Of a stretch of DNA of 64,000 bases, positions 21,394-31,852 are shown piece after piece (position 1 is the first letter of the stretch; every line of letters begins with the position of its first letter). Source of the DNA: Oceanispirochaeta sp. (lineage in GTDB: Bacteria; Spirochaetota; Spirochaetia; DSM-2461); assembly GCA_963666275.2 (NCBI GenBank), contig CAXXOA010000001.1, forward strand, positions 992,001 to 1,056,000, read 5' to 3'. Under the pieces are notes generated by a model that saw nothing but the letters and a program-made list of their open reading frames with translations, made no database searches and had not been told where the DNA came from. The position numbers and the translations under genes were made by a program.

Positions 21394-22248
21394 CTAGGCC
21401 AGGAGTTTTTTCAGAGTCTCTTCCAGAGACGCCGGTTTTCTTCCCAGTAGTTTCTCCAGGTCACTGCTTTCTATGTCCAGAGATCCTTCGGCAATGGACT
21501 GATCCAGAGCTGCATAAAATCCAGCTGTTCCCTCATCCATTCCCGCGGCTTCCAGAGCGGCCTGTCTCTCCTCCAGGGAGATCAGCTTATGGGTTATCTT
21601 TTTACCGAACACCTTTGAGGCCGCTTCCGCCAGATCATTGAAATCCCAGACCTGTCCGGAGAGTTCATAGATTTTACCGCTGTGTCCCTCTCCAGTGAGG
21701 ACGGCCGCGGCGGCTTCGGCGTATTCCTCTCTGCCTGCAGAGGCGACGCGGCCTTTGCCTGTGGCAGTGGCAATCACACCGGACTGACCGGCATACTGTA
21801 CATCTCCCAGATAATTTTCGGTATACCAGTTATCCCGCAGAATCACATAGTCTATACCGGCGGATGTCAGATACTCTTCGGTCTGTTTATGTTCGGGAGC
21901 CAGAATATTGGTGGAACTGTCGGCCCTTGTAATGCTTGTATAGAGGATCTGTTTCACCCCGGCGGCTTTGGCCGCATCAATCACATTTTTATGCTGGGTG
22001 AATCTCTTTCCCACTTCTGAGCCCGAGACAAGCAGCACTTTCGAAACCCCCTGGAAAGCTTTTTCCAGGGAGGATTTATCGTCATAGTCGGCGATCTTCA
22101 CATCGATTCCCTTCTTTTTAAGGGGCGCCGCTTTCTCCTCATTTCTGGCAATGGCTACGATGGAAGAGGCGGGGATATCCCACTTCTGAAGGACTGAGAT
22201 AGCAGCGGAACCAAAGCCGCCTGTAGATCCTGTTATGGCATATTTCAT
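21394..22248 (-). CDS. NAD(P)H:quinone oxidoreductase, QorB/YtfG-like atypical SDR
   Basis: AITGSTGGFG, ADYDD, QHKNVIDAAKAAGV, LRDNWYTEN. Confidence 0.9.
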   Translation of the reverse strand: MKYAITGSTGGFGSAAISVLQKWDIPASSIVAIARNEEKAAPLKKKGIDVKIADYDDKSSLEKAFQGVSKVLLVSGSEVGKRFTQHKNVIDAAKAAGVKQILYTSITRADSSTNILAPEHKQTEEYLTSAGIDYVILRDNWYTENYLGDVQYAGQSGVIATATGKGRVASAGREEYAEAAAAVLTGEGHSGKIYELSGQVWDFNDLAEAASKVFGKKITHKLISLEERQAALEAAGMDEGTAGFYAALDQSIAEGSLDIESSDLEKLLGRKPASLEETLKKLLA

Positions 22249-22268
22249 ATTGTACTCCTTGCTAATAA

Positions 22269-22303
22269 TACTTACTATAATATAGTACTAACTATAAGTA
22301 AGT
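22269..22303. promoter_or_regulatory. Probable operator of the divergent HxlR-type regulator
   Basis: Direct repeat tacttactataa/tactaactataa plus inverted acttact...agtaagt in the short divergent intergenic region. Confidence 0.6.
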
Positions 22304-22346
22304 GACAAGGTTTTTTTTTTGTGATATTATACAAAACAGGAAAAAT

Positions 22347-22685
22347 ATGGAAATAGAGACACTGGAATACAATGTATTTGCCGCCCGATGTCCTTCCCGG
22401 ACGGCATTTGATCAGATTTTCGGAAAGTGGGGAATGCTGATTATCGCCCGTCTGAAAGAGGGGCCTGCCCGGTTCGGAGAAATTTTCCGGGCGGTAGAGG
22501 GAATAAGCGAAAGGATGCTTTCAAAATGTCTGAAAGTCCTGGTGGACGAAGGGCTTGTCATCCGGAAGGATTTCGAAGAGAAACCTCCCCGGGTGGAATA
22601 CAGCCTCAGTGAATCGGGAGAGCATATCGGCGATGCTGTTCTGGAAGTTATCTCCCGGCTCTATGAAGCCATTGACTGCCGCTGA
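22347..22685 (+). CDS. HxlR/DUF24 family winged-helix regulator
   Basis: CPSR...GKWG, RFGEI..AVEGIS.RMLS..LK.L, PPRVEYSLS.SG. Confidence 0.93.
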   Translation: MEIETLEYNVFAARCPSRTAFDQIFGKWGMLIIARLKEGPARFGEIFRAVEGISERMLSKCLKVLVDEGLVIRKDFEEKPPRVEYSLSESGEHIGDAVLEVISRLYEAIDCR

Positions 22686-22701
22686 GAAGATTGACAGGAG
22701 T

Positions 22702-23031
22702 TTATTCTTTTCGGGGTGTCAGACGGTACAGTCTGTCATCCGAACACGGTTCGGCAGAGCGGGGTGAAGTATTGGTTGATATAAGATAAAACGCATTCCC
22801 CGCGGGGTAAACCTGCCGGAGCCTCTCCCCGTTGGAGAAAACCGGATGGAGTTCGCTATTCTCTTCATCCAGAGCTTAGAGACTCCTTCCCTGCAGGCCC
22901 GTGATCAGAAGGCAGCCGTGGGCATAGGCTATTCCCGAAGGGGCCCAGGTGCTGCTGCCTGACTGCAGGAGGGGGGAGATCACACCGGGACTCTCCTCCG
23001 CCCTCCGGATGTCCCTGGGATAGGTCAACCC
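22702..23031 (-). pseudogene. C-terminal remnant of a PQQ-dependent sugar (glucose/sorbosone) dehydrogenase
   Basis: Frame not in the ORF track: ...PLLQSGSSTWAPSGIAYAHGCLLITGLQGRSL*ALDE...GERLRQV...YLISTNTSPR...DDRLYRL; in-frame TAA at 22876-22878 and no 5' part. Confidence 0.7.
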
Positions 23032-23087
23032 TCAGCCAGAACCTCCATATCCCAGTCATCACTGGTACTTATAATAATCACAGGAAC

Positions 23088-24500
23088 TCAATTGTCCAGA
23101 AAAGCGATGTCTCCTGCCAGTACCATCAGGGAAAGGTAGATCTGCTGCACCGCCACACGGGCCTGTTCCACCTTCCAGAGACTCATCCGTTCGGAAATCT
23201 CCGCGGACGCCCTGTCGGTTCTCAGAGCCTGTCCCGCTTCAAACCGGGTGACCACTGCCTCTTTCAGCCGGCTCTGTCTTTTAGAGGCTTCCCTTGCCAG
23301 GTCCAGGTTTTTCCGGGCCTGTATAAAGCGCTGATAGAGGGCACGAAGTTCCAGGGACAGTTTATCAGCCTGCTCTTTCTGCAGCTCCTGCTGCCGGAGC
23401 CTTTCTGATATCAGCAGGTCTTTTTCAAGACGGTCTGATTTTCCCAGTCCCAGTGTCAGAGTCACGGAAATTCCGGATACCCAGTTATCCTGCTGTACCG
23501 ATTGCGATTCAGCCTCATTGAAAGTCCCCATCGGGAAGGCGTATCCCAGATCCAGATTCCGGTTCTCCCAGTTAAATGTCATGGTCCAGTCCTGATCATC
23601 ACGGGAGAGGAAAGGCTTTACCAGGACATTCCAGTCCGGTCTCTCCAGGCGGGTCATGGTCTCAGTCAGGGATGTAACGCTGTCCTGCTGTTTTGAGTAC
23701 TCCGGACTTGTATTCAATACGTCGTCGGTCATGCCCGCAGGTTTCTCATCCAGAGCTGTTTCAAATCTTACATCTTCCAGAAGGGGGATGGCATCTCCGC
23801 TCCGGCTTCCGGATAGGCCTCTTGCCTGTTCCAGGGTAAACCAGGTCAGTCTCTGGTCCAGAAGGTTCTGATTCAGACTGTCTTCCGCTGTATCCAGATC
23901 TTCCTGGCCGTCTTCCACCTGGGAAAGAGTGACCGCTCCGTTTTCATAGAGCTGGATCAGGCCTTCATACTTTTCCTCCGCCAGGTTTTTATCATCCACC
24001 AGAATGGGATACTCCTGCTGAAGGAGCCAGAGATTCGAATAGATCTGATACAGGTAGGATACCCGCTGGCGCCTCACATCCTGAAGGCTCAGGAGTTCCG
24101 TCTGAAGTGATCTTCGGGCTGCCCTGTACTTCTCTTCCTGCAGAAGGCTCCTTCCCAGGACAAAAGAGGCGCCTGTACTCATTGTCAGATCTGTCTGGCC
24201 ATAGCCGTCCTCCCCGCTGTACTGGGTTTTCACTCCCGGCTGAAGGGATAGCTCCGGATCTCCCGGATACCGGCTGGATTCCACCTCTTTCCGGCTTGTT
24301 TCATAGGCCTCCCGGGCTGCTCCCAGGGCTGTACTCTGATCCAGATCTGCCAGAACCCGGGAGAAGCTGAGAGTTTCCCCCGTTGTCTGTTCCGACATTA
24401 TCTCCTGAGCTGACAGGGGCAGTATGAGAGCTGAAAGGATTATGAAAGTCATAAAGAAATTTATCTTGAATGAAATGTATTCTCTGTTGGTATTGTGCAT
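23088..24500 (-). CDS. TolC family outer membrane efflux protein
   Basis: Signal peptide, helical repeats, last gene of an RND-MFP operon. Confidence 0.75.
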   Translation of the reverse strand: MHNTNREYISFKINFFMTFIILSALILPLSAQEIMSEQTTGETLSFSRVLADLDQSTALGAAREAYETSRKEVESSRYPGDPELSLQPGVKTQYSGEDGYGQTDLTMSTGASFVLGRSLLQEEKYRAARRSLQTELLSLQDVRRQRVSYLYQIYSNLWLLQQEYPILVDDKNLAEEKYEGLIQLYENGAVTLSQVEDGQEDLDTAEDSLNQNLLDQRLTWFTLEQARGLSGSRSGDAIPLLEDVRFETALDEKPAGMTDDVLNTSPEYSKQQDSVTSLTETMTRLERPDWNVLVKPFLSRDDQDWTMTFNWENRNLDLGYAFPMGTFNEAESQSVQQDNWVSGISVTLTLGLGKSDRLEKDLLISERLRQQELQKEQADKLSLELRALYQRFIQARKNLDLAREASKRQSRLKEAVVTRFEAGQALRTDRASAEISERMSLWKVEQARVAVQQIYLSLMVLAGDIAFLDN

Positions 24501-24509
24501 GGCTTATTC

Positions 24510-25865
24510 CTATAGTTCCGCAGTTTCCAGGCTGTAATCCGTGGATTCCGCAATGGTAACAGGAGAGCCAGGTTTCAGGTAGCTCTGTCCTTCGATCACA
24601 AGGATGTCCCCTTCCTTCAGATCCCCCTCCACTTGTATGAGTCCCTGCCTTCCCGAGCCCAGATCAACAGGAATACGTTTGCTTATATTTTCCTCCACAA
24701 GGAAGATATAGTGATCCGGCCCATCGGAAATAACAGCTTTCTGAGGGACTACGAACCGTGGCTGCAGCTGTGTCAGTACAATCTGCACTTCCATGAGCAT
24801 TCCCGGCAGAAGTCTCTGGTTCTGATTGGTCAGTCTGGCCCGTACCTGATAGGTTCTATTGCTTTCCGGAAGCACATTGTGGCCGACCACAACTCCCTCC
24901 ATGCCGTAACGGGAAGCGGTGGGCGGTTTGGCTTTGACAGGAGCGTCTCTTTTTATTCTGGAAATAATATTTTCAGGGACTTCCACTGTCAGAAGAACCT
25001 CTTCCAGATTGACGATTTCTACAGAATCGGCTGTATTCACAGTATCCCCTTCGGCAAAACTCAAGCGGGACACATAACCTCTTCCGGGACTTGTTCCCAG
25101 GCGGCCCGCATAATTCTCCTGCAGATCCTCCAGTTCGGTCGAACGGGAGAGACGGATTTTATCCAGATTCAGCTGGGCTTCCGTCAGGGCCTGATCCGCT
25201 TTTTCCAGATCCTGCCTTGTCACAAGATCCCTGGCATAAAAGGTCCGGGTCCGCTCCACCTCTTTCACCGCTTCATCCAGACGCAGCTGAGCCAGGGTCA
25301 GTTCAGTCTCCCATTTCTCTTCCGACCGTTCCAGGTCTCTCACCCAGTCACTGCTGTCCAGAGAGAAGAGCAGGTCGCCGGGTTCCACGAAATCTCCTAC
25401 CGAAACAAACACCTTGCGGGCGGTTCCCGGGGCGGCGGGGGAGACTTTCATAATGGTGCCAGCTTCCACTTCTCCCAGGCCGTAGTAGAGTATCTCCATA
25501 GGTCCAGTATTGAGAGGAGCAGTAATGACCGAGACCGGTTTGGACGAAACGGGCGCCTTTTGTGTCACCTCTTCCGCCTGAGTGGTATCTCCCTCTGCAA
25601 GGGATGCCAGGTATTTATCCCAGGACTCCTGTCTCTTTTCTTCTGTAAAGGTATCCCATTTCTCCTGAGTTGCCTGACTGCCGGGAGGAGGTACCGTCAG
25701 ATCGGCTTTTACCCCCTCCTGAGCGGGGTTTTCAGAGGAACTGCTCTCTGATGGAGTTTTAGCAGTGTTCTCTTCAGTACTGTTTTCATTACAGGAAAAA
25801 AGGAGAAGGGGCATCAGAGCCGCAAGGGTCAATACTATTCTTGAAAGGGTAGGGTTTTTCATCAT
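24510..25865 (-). CDS. RND efflux periplasmic adaptor (MFP) lipoprotein
   Basis: Lipobox LLFSC; V.VGD.V..GDLLF.LD, LLPGM, VPQKAV. Confidence 0.9.
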   Translation of the reverse strand: MMKNPTLSRIVLTLAALMPLLLFSCNENSTEENTAKTPSESSSSENPAQEGVKADLTVPPPGSQATQEKWDTFTEEKRQESWDKYLASLAEGDTTQAEEVTQKAPVSSKPVSVITAPLNTGPMEILYYGLGEVEAGTIMKVSPAAPGTARKVFVSVGDFVEPGDLLFSLDSSDWVRDLERSEEKWETELTLAQLRLDEAVKEVERTRTFYARDLVTRQDLEKADQALTEAQLNLDKIRLSRSTELEDLQENYAGRLGTSPGRGYVSRLSFAEGDTVNTADSVEIVNLEEVLLTVEVPENIISRIKRDAPVKAKPPTASRYGMEGVVVGHNVLPESNRTYQVRARLTNQNQRLLPGMLMEVQIVLTQLQPRFVVPQKAVISDGPDHYIFLVEENISKRIPVDLGSGRQGLIQVEGDLKEGDILVIEGQSYLKPGSPVTIAESTDYSLETAEL

Positions 25866-28800
25866 TTAAACTTCCTCCTGATAGTCTAAAAAGACGGGAA
25901 TTCTGTTCTGGATCTTTCTTTTCAGATGATCCGTGGTATAAAACGTCAAGGGCAGGATCAGCAGGGTCAGTACAGTGGAAGCCACAAGGCCGGAAATCAG
26001 AGAGATACTCAGCTGGGCAAAGTTCTGGTCTTTGAAGGCCAGGGGCAGCATTCCTCCGATGGTGGTCAGGCTTGTTGCCAGAACCGGGGCAAAACGGGAG
26101 CGTCCGGCTTCCGTCAGAGCCGGGATCAGCTGGCCGCTGCTGCTGCGGATTCTGTTGACCGTGTCCACAAGAACAATGGCATCGTTGACCACAATTCCCA
26201 CCAGGGCAATGACACCCATAAAGGCATAGAGGCCGAAGTTGTTTCCCGTCAGGATCAGTCCTGCAAAGACTCCTATAATCGACATGGGCACGGAAAGCAT
26301 GATCACAAGGGACTGGGAGAAGGAATCAAACTGAACCGCCAGGATCAGGAAAACCACAGCCAGGGCTGCCAGAAAATTGAAGAACATGCTTCCCAGTGAG
26401 TCATCCAGATCGGCCGCTTCTCCGGCCCAGCTGTAAGTGATTCCTTCAGGCAGGGCTGACCCGTCCCGGCTTCGGATATTTTCAAATTCTCCCACAATCT
26501 CCCTTATATTGGCATCCGGCAGCATCTGAGCCATAACTGTTATGGTTCTTTTGCCCCCGGTATGCCTTATGGTGCCGTATCCCTGAGTCCGGATAATCTC
26601 CGCCACATGGGTAACAGGCAGGGTCTCACCGTTTTTCAGTGTGATGAGTATCTTTCCCATATCATCGATGGAGTCTCTGAGTGAGGGATTTATATCCAGA
26701 ATGATCTCCTGTTCGCCTTCCTGAACAAGCAGAGTTCCCGCCGTCTGGGCATTCAGGTAGGTTCTGACCTGAGTTCCCAGGGTAGAGGCATCAACCCCTG
26801 CTGCGGCGGCATAGAGGGGTCTCGGGAAGATCTGCAGTTCCGGATACCCCCTTTCCCAGTCGCTTAAAACTCCCCGGACCCCATCTATCCGGGAAAGATC
26901 CGCTGAAAGGATTTCAGATGCTGTGTGCAGGGCTTCCAGATCCTCTCCCTGAACTTTGATCTGAACCGGGCTGTTGGCAGTTTTTCCCCCCGCCTGGGTT
27001 CCCACTGTAATCCTGGCTCCGGGGATGGCGGAAAGGAGTCCCATCAGTTCGGGAATCTTTTTCTGGGTTGTCCAGTTACGTTCCTCCGGAGGGAGAAGAT
27101 TCATGACCACCTGAGCGTCCCGGCTGGATGTGAGGCCCACTTCACTGTAGAGGCTGCCAATCCCGTCAATTTCAAGAAGCCTTTTTTCCACCTCCCTGGT
27201 AATCCGGTCCGTATTGTCCAGGGTGCTGTATTCGGGGGCTGTAATGACGGCATACAGGGCCGTTTCATCCTTTATGGGAAACAGCTCCATCTTGAGAAAT
27301 CCCGAAAAGAGTCCCCAGAAGACCACCGCCAGCAGAGCAAACATGATGCCCGGAAGAACCACTCTGTATACCCTGTGCCGCAGGATATTACCAAGCATCT
27401 TCTCATAGGCTCCGGCAACAGAACCAAACGCATCAAACTCTCTGTACCGGAAGATCATCCTCATAACCATGAATCCGGCCATAAACAGGGTCATCAGGAC
27501 TGAAAGGAGTCCGGGCCTGCCGTTTTCAAAAAAGGCCCAACCGAAGAGAAGGGAGATCAGGATGACCTGTCCTATCTCTCTTTTTCTGAATCCATCCTGT
27601 ACCTCTTCCTTTTCCTTCGGGATCTCCGGTTTTTTTTCTCTCAGCCAGCGGGCACTGAGAGCAGGAGTCAGGGTCAGGGCGATCAGAAGGGAGGAACCAA
27701 TAATGAAGATCACCGTTATAGGGATGACGCTGATGATCATTCCGATGCGCCCTTCCATGAGGGCCAGGGGAATAAAAGCCGCCATGGTGGTCAGTGTGGC
27801 CGCAAAGATGGACGGGGTTACTTCCCGGGCGGCATTCTTGACTGCGGCTGTTCCTGATTCACCCTGTTTACGGTGGTCCACAATGCTCTCGACTATAACA
27901 ATCCCATTGTCTACTAGGAGTCCCAGGGCTATGATCATGGCAAGAAGGGTCATGGTATTGAAGGTCATCCCCGCCAGGTCCATGGCGGCAAAACTCATAA
28001 ACATGGAAAAGGGAATGATCAGACTTGTAATGAGAGCTTCCCAGATCCCGAGAAAGAGATAGAGAATCAGAATAACAATCAGCAGTCCTGAAAAGGCATT
28101 CTCCAGAACATCCGAAAGATCCTGACGCACTGTTACCGCATCATCCTGAATGATCTGTACATCCATATCCCTGAAAATACCCGATTTCTCAAGCTCATTC
28201 AGAACCTCATAAACGGTGCTGCTGGGGCCTACAATATCAGAACCTCCGTCCCTGTAGAGAGACAGGGTTACCGAAGGGAGCATCTTGGCATTCCCGGTTC
28301 CAAGCCCAACGGCCCGTCTGGAAAGGGTACTGCCCGGGGCGGACCGGGTTTCCACGGCGGCCAGGTCCTTCAGAAAGCGGAACCCTCCGCCGGGAAGAGG
28401 GATCTGGGTACGCCGGATCTCTTCCACTGTCGAAAGGGCTCCCAGAACACGGACATAGTAGAGCATATCATCCAGTTCTATCTCTCCTGCGGGAGTATCC
28501 TTGTGGTTCAGCCTAACCGCCTGGAGGATGGCATCCGGCGACAGGCCGTATTCGGCCAGAACCGCCGGGGTGTACTCAATCAGAATCTCTTCGCTGTTCA
28601 GACCGGAAAGGCGCAGCTCGCTGACTCCCTCCACAGCCTGGAGCTGTCTTTCCAGGAGCAGGGTGGTCTCTCTCAGCTTCTCCGGTGATACATCCCCGGC
28701 AAGGCTCAGGACCAGAAAGGCCCTGTTGGCAGTGGTGGAAACCCGTATGACCGGTGCTTCCACCTCATCGGGCAGATCCCTGACAACCAGATCCAGCGCC

Positions 28801-29156
28801 GCGGCTACTGCATCCCGGTTCTCTTCCAGGTCACTCTCCGGGTAGAAATCCAGCTGTATTTCGCTCCTGCCGGCCAGAGAGGAGGAACTGATGAATTCCA
28901 GGTCCGGCAGATTTATGAGCACCGCTTCCAGAGGGTCGCTGATAAGCTGTTCCACATCCCTGGGAGACGCCCCGGGGTAGTTGGCCGAAACCTTGATGGT
29001 GGGGAAAACAATTTCCGGTTTGGACTCTCTGGGAAGTTTGCTGTAGAGACTCAGGCCTATGACTGTGATTAACACGATTCCCAGATAGATGATCCTGTAC
29101 TTATCAACACTCAATGATGAGAGTTTTCCTAATATTCCCGATTTATTTTTCATCAT
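25866..29156 (-). CDS. RND efflux permease (AcrB/AcrD/AcrF family)
   Basis: YPGASPRDVE, GLLVDNGIVIVE, GIVVNDAIVLVD, RFAPVLATSLTT. Confidence 0.95.
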   Translation of the reverse strand: MMKNKSGILGKLSSLSVDKYRIIYLGIVLITVIGLSLYSKLPRESKPEIVFPTIKVSANYPGASPRDVEQLISDPLEAVLINLPDLEFISSSSLAGRSEIQLDFYPESDLEENRDAVAAALDLVVRDLPDEVEAPVIRVSTTANRAFLVLSLAGDVSPEKLRETTLLLERQLQAVEGVSELRLSGLNSEEILIEYTPAVLAEYGLSPDAILQAVRLNHKDTPAGEIELDDMLYYVRVLGALSTVEEIRRTQIPLPGGGFRFLKDLAAVETRSAPGSTLSRRAVGLGTGNAKMLPSVTLSLYRDGGSDIVGPSSTVYEVLNELEKSGIFRDMDVQIIQDDAVTVRQDLSDVLENAFSGLLIVILILYLFLGIWEALITSLIIPFSMFMSFAAMDLAGMTFNTMTLLAMIIALGLLVDNGIVIVESIVDHRKQGESGTAAVKNAAREVTPSIFAATLTTMAAFIPLALMEGRIGMIISVIPITVIFIIGSSLLIALTLTPALSARWLREKKPEIPKEKEEVQDGFRKREIGQVILISLLFGWAFFENGRPGLLSVLMTLFMAGFMVMRMIFRYREFDAFGSVAGAYEKMLGNILRHRVYRVVLPGIMFALLAVVFWGLFSGFLKMELFPIKDETALYAVITAPEYSTLDNTDRITREVEKRLLEIDGIGSLYSEVGLTSSRDAQVVMNLLPPEERNWTTQKKIPELMGLLSAIPGARITVGTQAGGKTANSPVQIKVQGEDLEALHTASEILSADLSRIDGVRGVLSDWERGYPELQIFPRPLYAAAAGVDASTLGTQVRTYLNAQTAGTLLVQEGEQEIILDINPSLRDSIDDMGKILITLKNGETLPVTHVAEIIRTQGYGTIRHTGGKRTITVMAQMLPDANIREIVGEFENIRSRDGSALPEGITYSWAGEAADLDDSLGSMFFNFLAALAVVFLILAVQFDSFSQSLVIMLSVPMSIIGVFAGLILTGNNFGLYAFMGVIALVGIVVNDAIVLVDTVNRIRSSSGQLIPALTEAGRSRFAPVLATSLTTIGGMLPLAFKDQNFAQLSISLISGLVASTVLTLLILPLTFYTTDHLKRKIQNRIPVFLDYQEEV

Positions 29157-29284
29157 TTTGGCTCCTTGTTTAAACTTAGGAGCTGCTAACAGGGAATGCA
29201 AATATTATATATAAAATAAATAATATATAGATGGTCAGGTTTATTTCCGTAAAAAATCGAGTTTTCAAGATTCCGGGATGGGCA

Positions 29285-31300
29285 CTAAATTATGAAGTCA
29301 TGAATCAGGGGATTTCCGTCGGAGGGATTTGAACCTTTTATGAATTCCTCTGCGGCTTCCGCCGGAACAGGCTTGCTGAAGTAAAAGCCCTGAATAAAGT
29401 CGCACTGGAGTTTCTCCAGCAGATCCCACTGCCTTGACTGTTCCACCCCTTCGGCTATAACAGGCATATTCAGGCTGTGGGCCAAACTGATTATTGTATT
29501 GACTATGGTGCTTTTCTCTTCATTCATCTGCTGAATAAAAGATTTATCGACTTTCAGGATATCAATGGGCAGTCTGTGAAGGTAACTGAGAGAGGAGAAA
29601 CCTGTTCCGAAGTCATCAATAAGAATCTGGCATCCCATCTCCCGGATAGGATCCAGGATGGTTTTTATCATTTCCGGTTTATCCAGCAGGAGGCTCTCGG
29701 TCAGTTCAAATTTCAGGCGGGAGGGATCAGTTTCATTCCGCTCAAATATAGATCGTATTTTATCAAGCAGCCCTTTGTCCTGAAACTGCCGGGAGGAAAT
29801 ATTGACGCTTACCGTGAAATCCCTCCTGTCGGGATACCGTTCATTCCAGGTGCCTATCTGCTGGCAGACTCTGTTTAAAACCCAGTAGCCAATCGGGTTT
29901 ATCAGTCCTGTCTTTTCAGCAAGGGGAATAAACTCTCCGGGAGAGATATTTCCCTTCTGCGGATGATTCCACCTCAGCAGAGCTTCAAAGCCGGCAATCT
30001 CTTTTGTACCGGTATGGACAATAGGCTGATAGTGGATGGTAAAGCCATTGCTTTCCAGGGCATGCCGCATATCCTGTTCGAGATCTCTTTCGGACTGAAT
30101 GGATTCCAGCATAAAGGGATCAAAAAAGGCGTATCTGGTTTCGGAAGGACTTTTCTTGACCCTGTACATGGCGATATCTGCATTTCTTATAATATTTTCC
30201 GGATTGGTATAGTCCTCTCTTCCCATGGCAACCCCGAAACTGGCAGTGGGATAAAAGATATTTCCTTCAATCTTTAAAGGTTCCTGTATGGCGCTGATAA
30301 CCCGGGTCAGTATTGTCAGGACTTCAGACGGATCTGCTATATCTTCCAGAAGAATGACAAATTCATCCCCTCCCAGCCGTCCGACCATATCCTGAGCCCT
30401 TATGATTTCCATTAATCGTTTACTGATCTCAATCAGAAAATGATCACCGTAGTGATGTCCATAAGTATCATTGACCCCTTTAAACCCGTCCAGATCTATG
30501 AATATGACAGCATAATTCCGATCTTTGTGACGCCGGGAATATTCAATGGCATGGCTGATTCGGTTTTTCAGCAGTTCCCGGTTGGGCAGATCTGTCAGGC
30601 TGTCATGGTAGGCCGAATAGGCGAGTTTCTGATGCATCTGATTTTTTTTCTCAAGTTCTATCTCCAGCTGCCTGTTTATCTCCAGAATTTCCTGGTTCTG
30701 CAGCTTTTCGACGCTGATGATATGGGATGTGATAATTAGAATTGTCACAGGGGAGACTATGTTGAAGAGAAGAGGGATAAAAATCAGGTGAAACGTAATT
30801 TCCTGAATCAGCAGGGGGAAGGAAACAATTATAAGCGCATTCAGGAGTGAATAGCCTATGGTATAGCTCATAGGGAGCAGGGCGCTGCTGAGGAGGATTG
30901 TCAGGATATTCCATATCAGGAGGATCAGGATGGATCCCGGACTGAGATCCTGACTGAGATGCACATTGAACATAGGGATCAGGCTCAAGGTGGAAATACA
31001 GATCACAGCTCCGATAATATGGAAACCCGTTCGAGCCAGCAGGTAGGAGATAAAAAAGAATATTTCCGCAATGAGCAGGACAATACCGACTCGGGGATTT
31101 GTGCTGTAGCGGCTCATGTATATGACACCGCTGTTCACTGCAATGGTCAGAAACAGGGTGAGCTGCTGAATGAGGATTATCTGTTTGATTTCTATGGGAT
31201 CCGAAACTTTGTAAGAGGGCTTGATGATGAGATGCATTAGTTTCTTTGTTATTTGAATCATACCCTTGCTGTTGTTATATTTCCTTTTCTTACATGGCAA
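29285..31300 (-). CDS. Membrane GGDEF-EAL protein
   Basis: HDSLTDLPNR, RLGGDEF, FEALLRW, IDDFGTGFSSL, AEGVE; exact start uncertain. Confidence 0.93.
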   Translation of the reverse strand: MPCKKRKYNNSKGMIQITKKLMHLIIKPSYKVSDPIEIKQIILIQQLTLFLTIAVNSGVIYMSRYSTNPRVGIVLLIAEIFFFISYLLARTGFHIIGAVICISTLSLIPMFNVHLSQDLSPGSILILLIWNILTILLSSALLPMSYTIGYSLLNALIIVSFPLLIQEITFHLIFIPLLFNIVSPVTILIITSHIISVEKLQNQEILEINRQLEIELEKKNQMHQKLAYSAYHDSLTDLPNRELLKNRISHAIEYSRRHKDRNYAVIFIDLDGFKGVNDTYGHHYGDHFLIEISKRLMEIIRAQDMVGRLGGDEFVILLEDIADPSEVLTILTRVISAIQEPLKIEGNIFYPTASFGVAMGREDYTNPENIIRNADIAMYRVKKSPSETRYAFFDPFMLESIQSERDLEQDMRHALESNGFTIHYQPIVHTGTKEIAGFEALLRWNHPQKGNISPGEFIPLAEKTGLINPIGYWVLNRVCQQIGTWNERYPDRRDFTVSVNISSRQFQDKGLLDKIRSIFERNETDPSRLKFELTESLLLDKPEMIKTILDPIREMGCQILIDDFGTGFSSLSYLHRLPIDILKVDKSFIQQMNEEKSTIVNTIISLAHSLNMPVIAEGVEQSRQWDLLEKLQCDFIQGFYFSKPVPAEAAEEFIKGSNPSDGNPLIHDFII

Positions 31301-31852
31301 TAGTATAATCCATTATGGAGTACTTTAAAATACTGGCTTTTTCATAATTCATATTAAAAATTTTAAATATCTATATTGTAATAAAATGCACTGTCGAAAA
31401 TGATGCCGGAAAATTATGTGTGAATAAAAGGAATTTTCAGGTAATCCTCAATATTCCGTCCGGTCTCGCTGGCATGATTGCTGTCATTGCCGTCATAGAA
31501 GGGAATTTGTTCATTATCCGCGGTCTTCAGGGGTACTCTGAAATTCTGATAGGGACGGAGCTCCTGATGTCTGTACCTGTTATTGTCTCTGCCTGATAGG
31601 CGTAATCTATTAACAGTAAAAATGATTCTCTTTATGGCAGTAGACGTTCTTTGGATGTGAACCCTAACAGCCCGGATCCGTGTTTCAGGTCTGGCGCATC
31701 TCCGGCCGTAGCGATTTCGTTTGACAGCAGGTACGACCCTACTATAATTAAGTTGAGACAGAAATGGCAGAGCCGTTCAAATCAGGGTCATTTACCGGTT
31801 TTCCATCCTATACCTGCTTCCGGTATTGAATCCACTCAGATGAGGGAGATAG

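Noticed and set aside
22865..23062. GC-rich, apparently foldable region as an ncRNA (6S or RNase P-like) or a 65-aa ORF
   Set aside because: Better explained as a dehydrogenase pseudogene in another frame; RNase P and SRP core motifs are not present.
31301..31852. Riboswitch or small gene between the two c-di-GMP genes
   Set aside because: No recognisable c-di-GMP riboswitch motif or credible ORF by eye; an Rfam scan would be needed.
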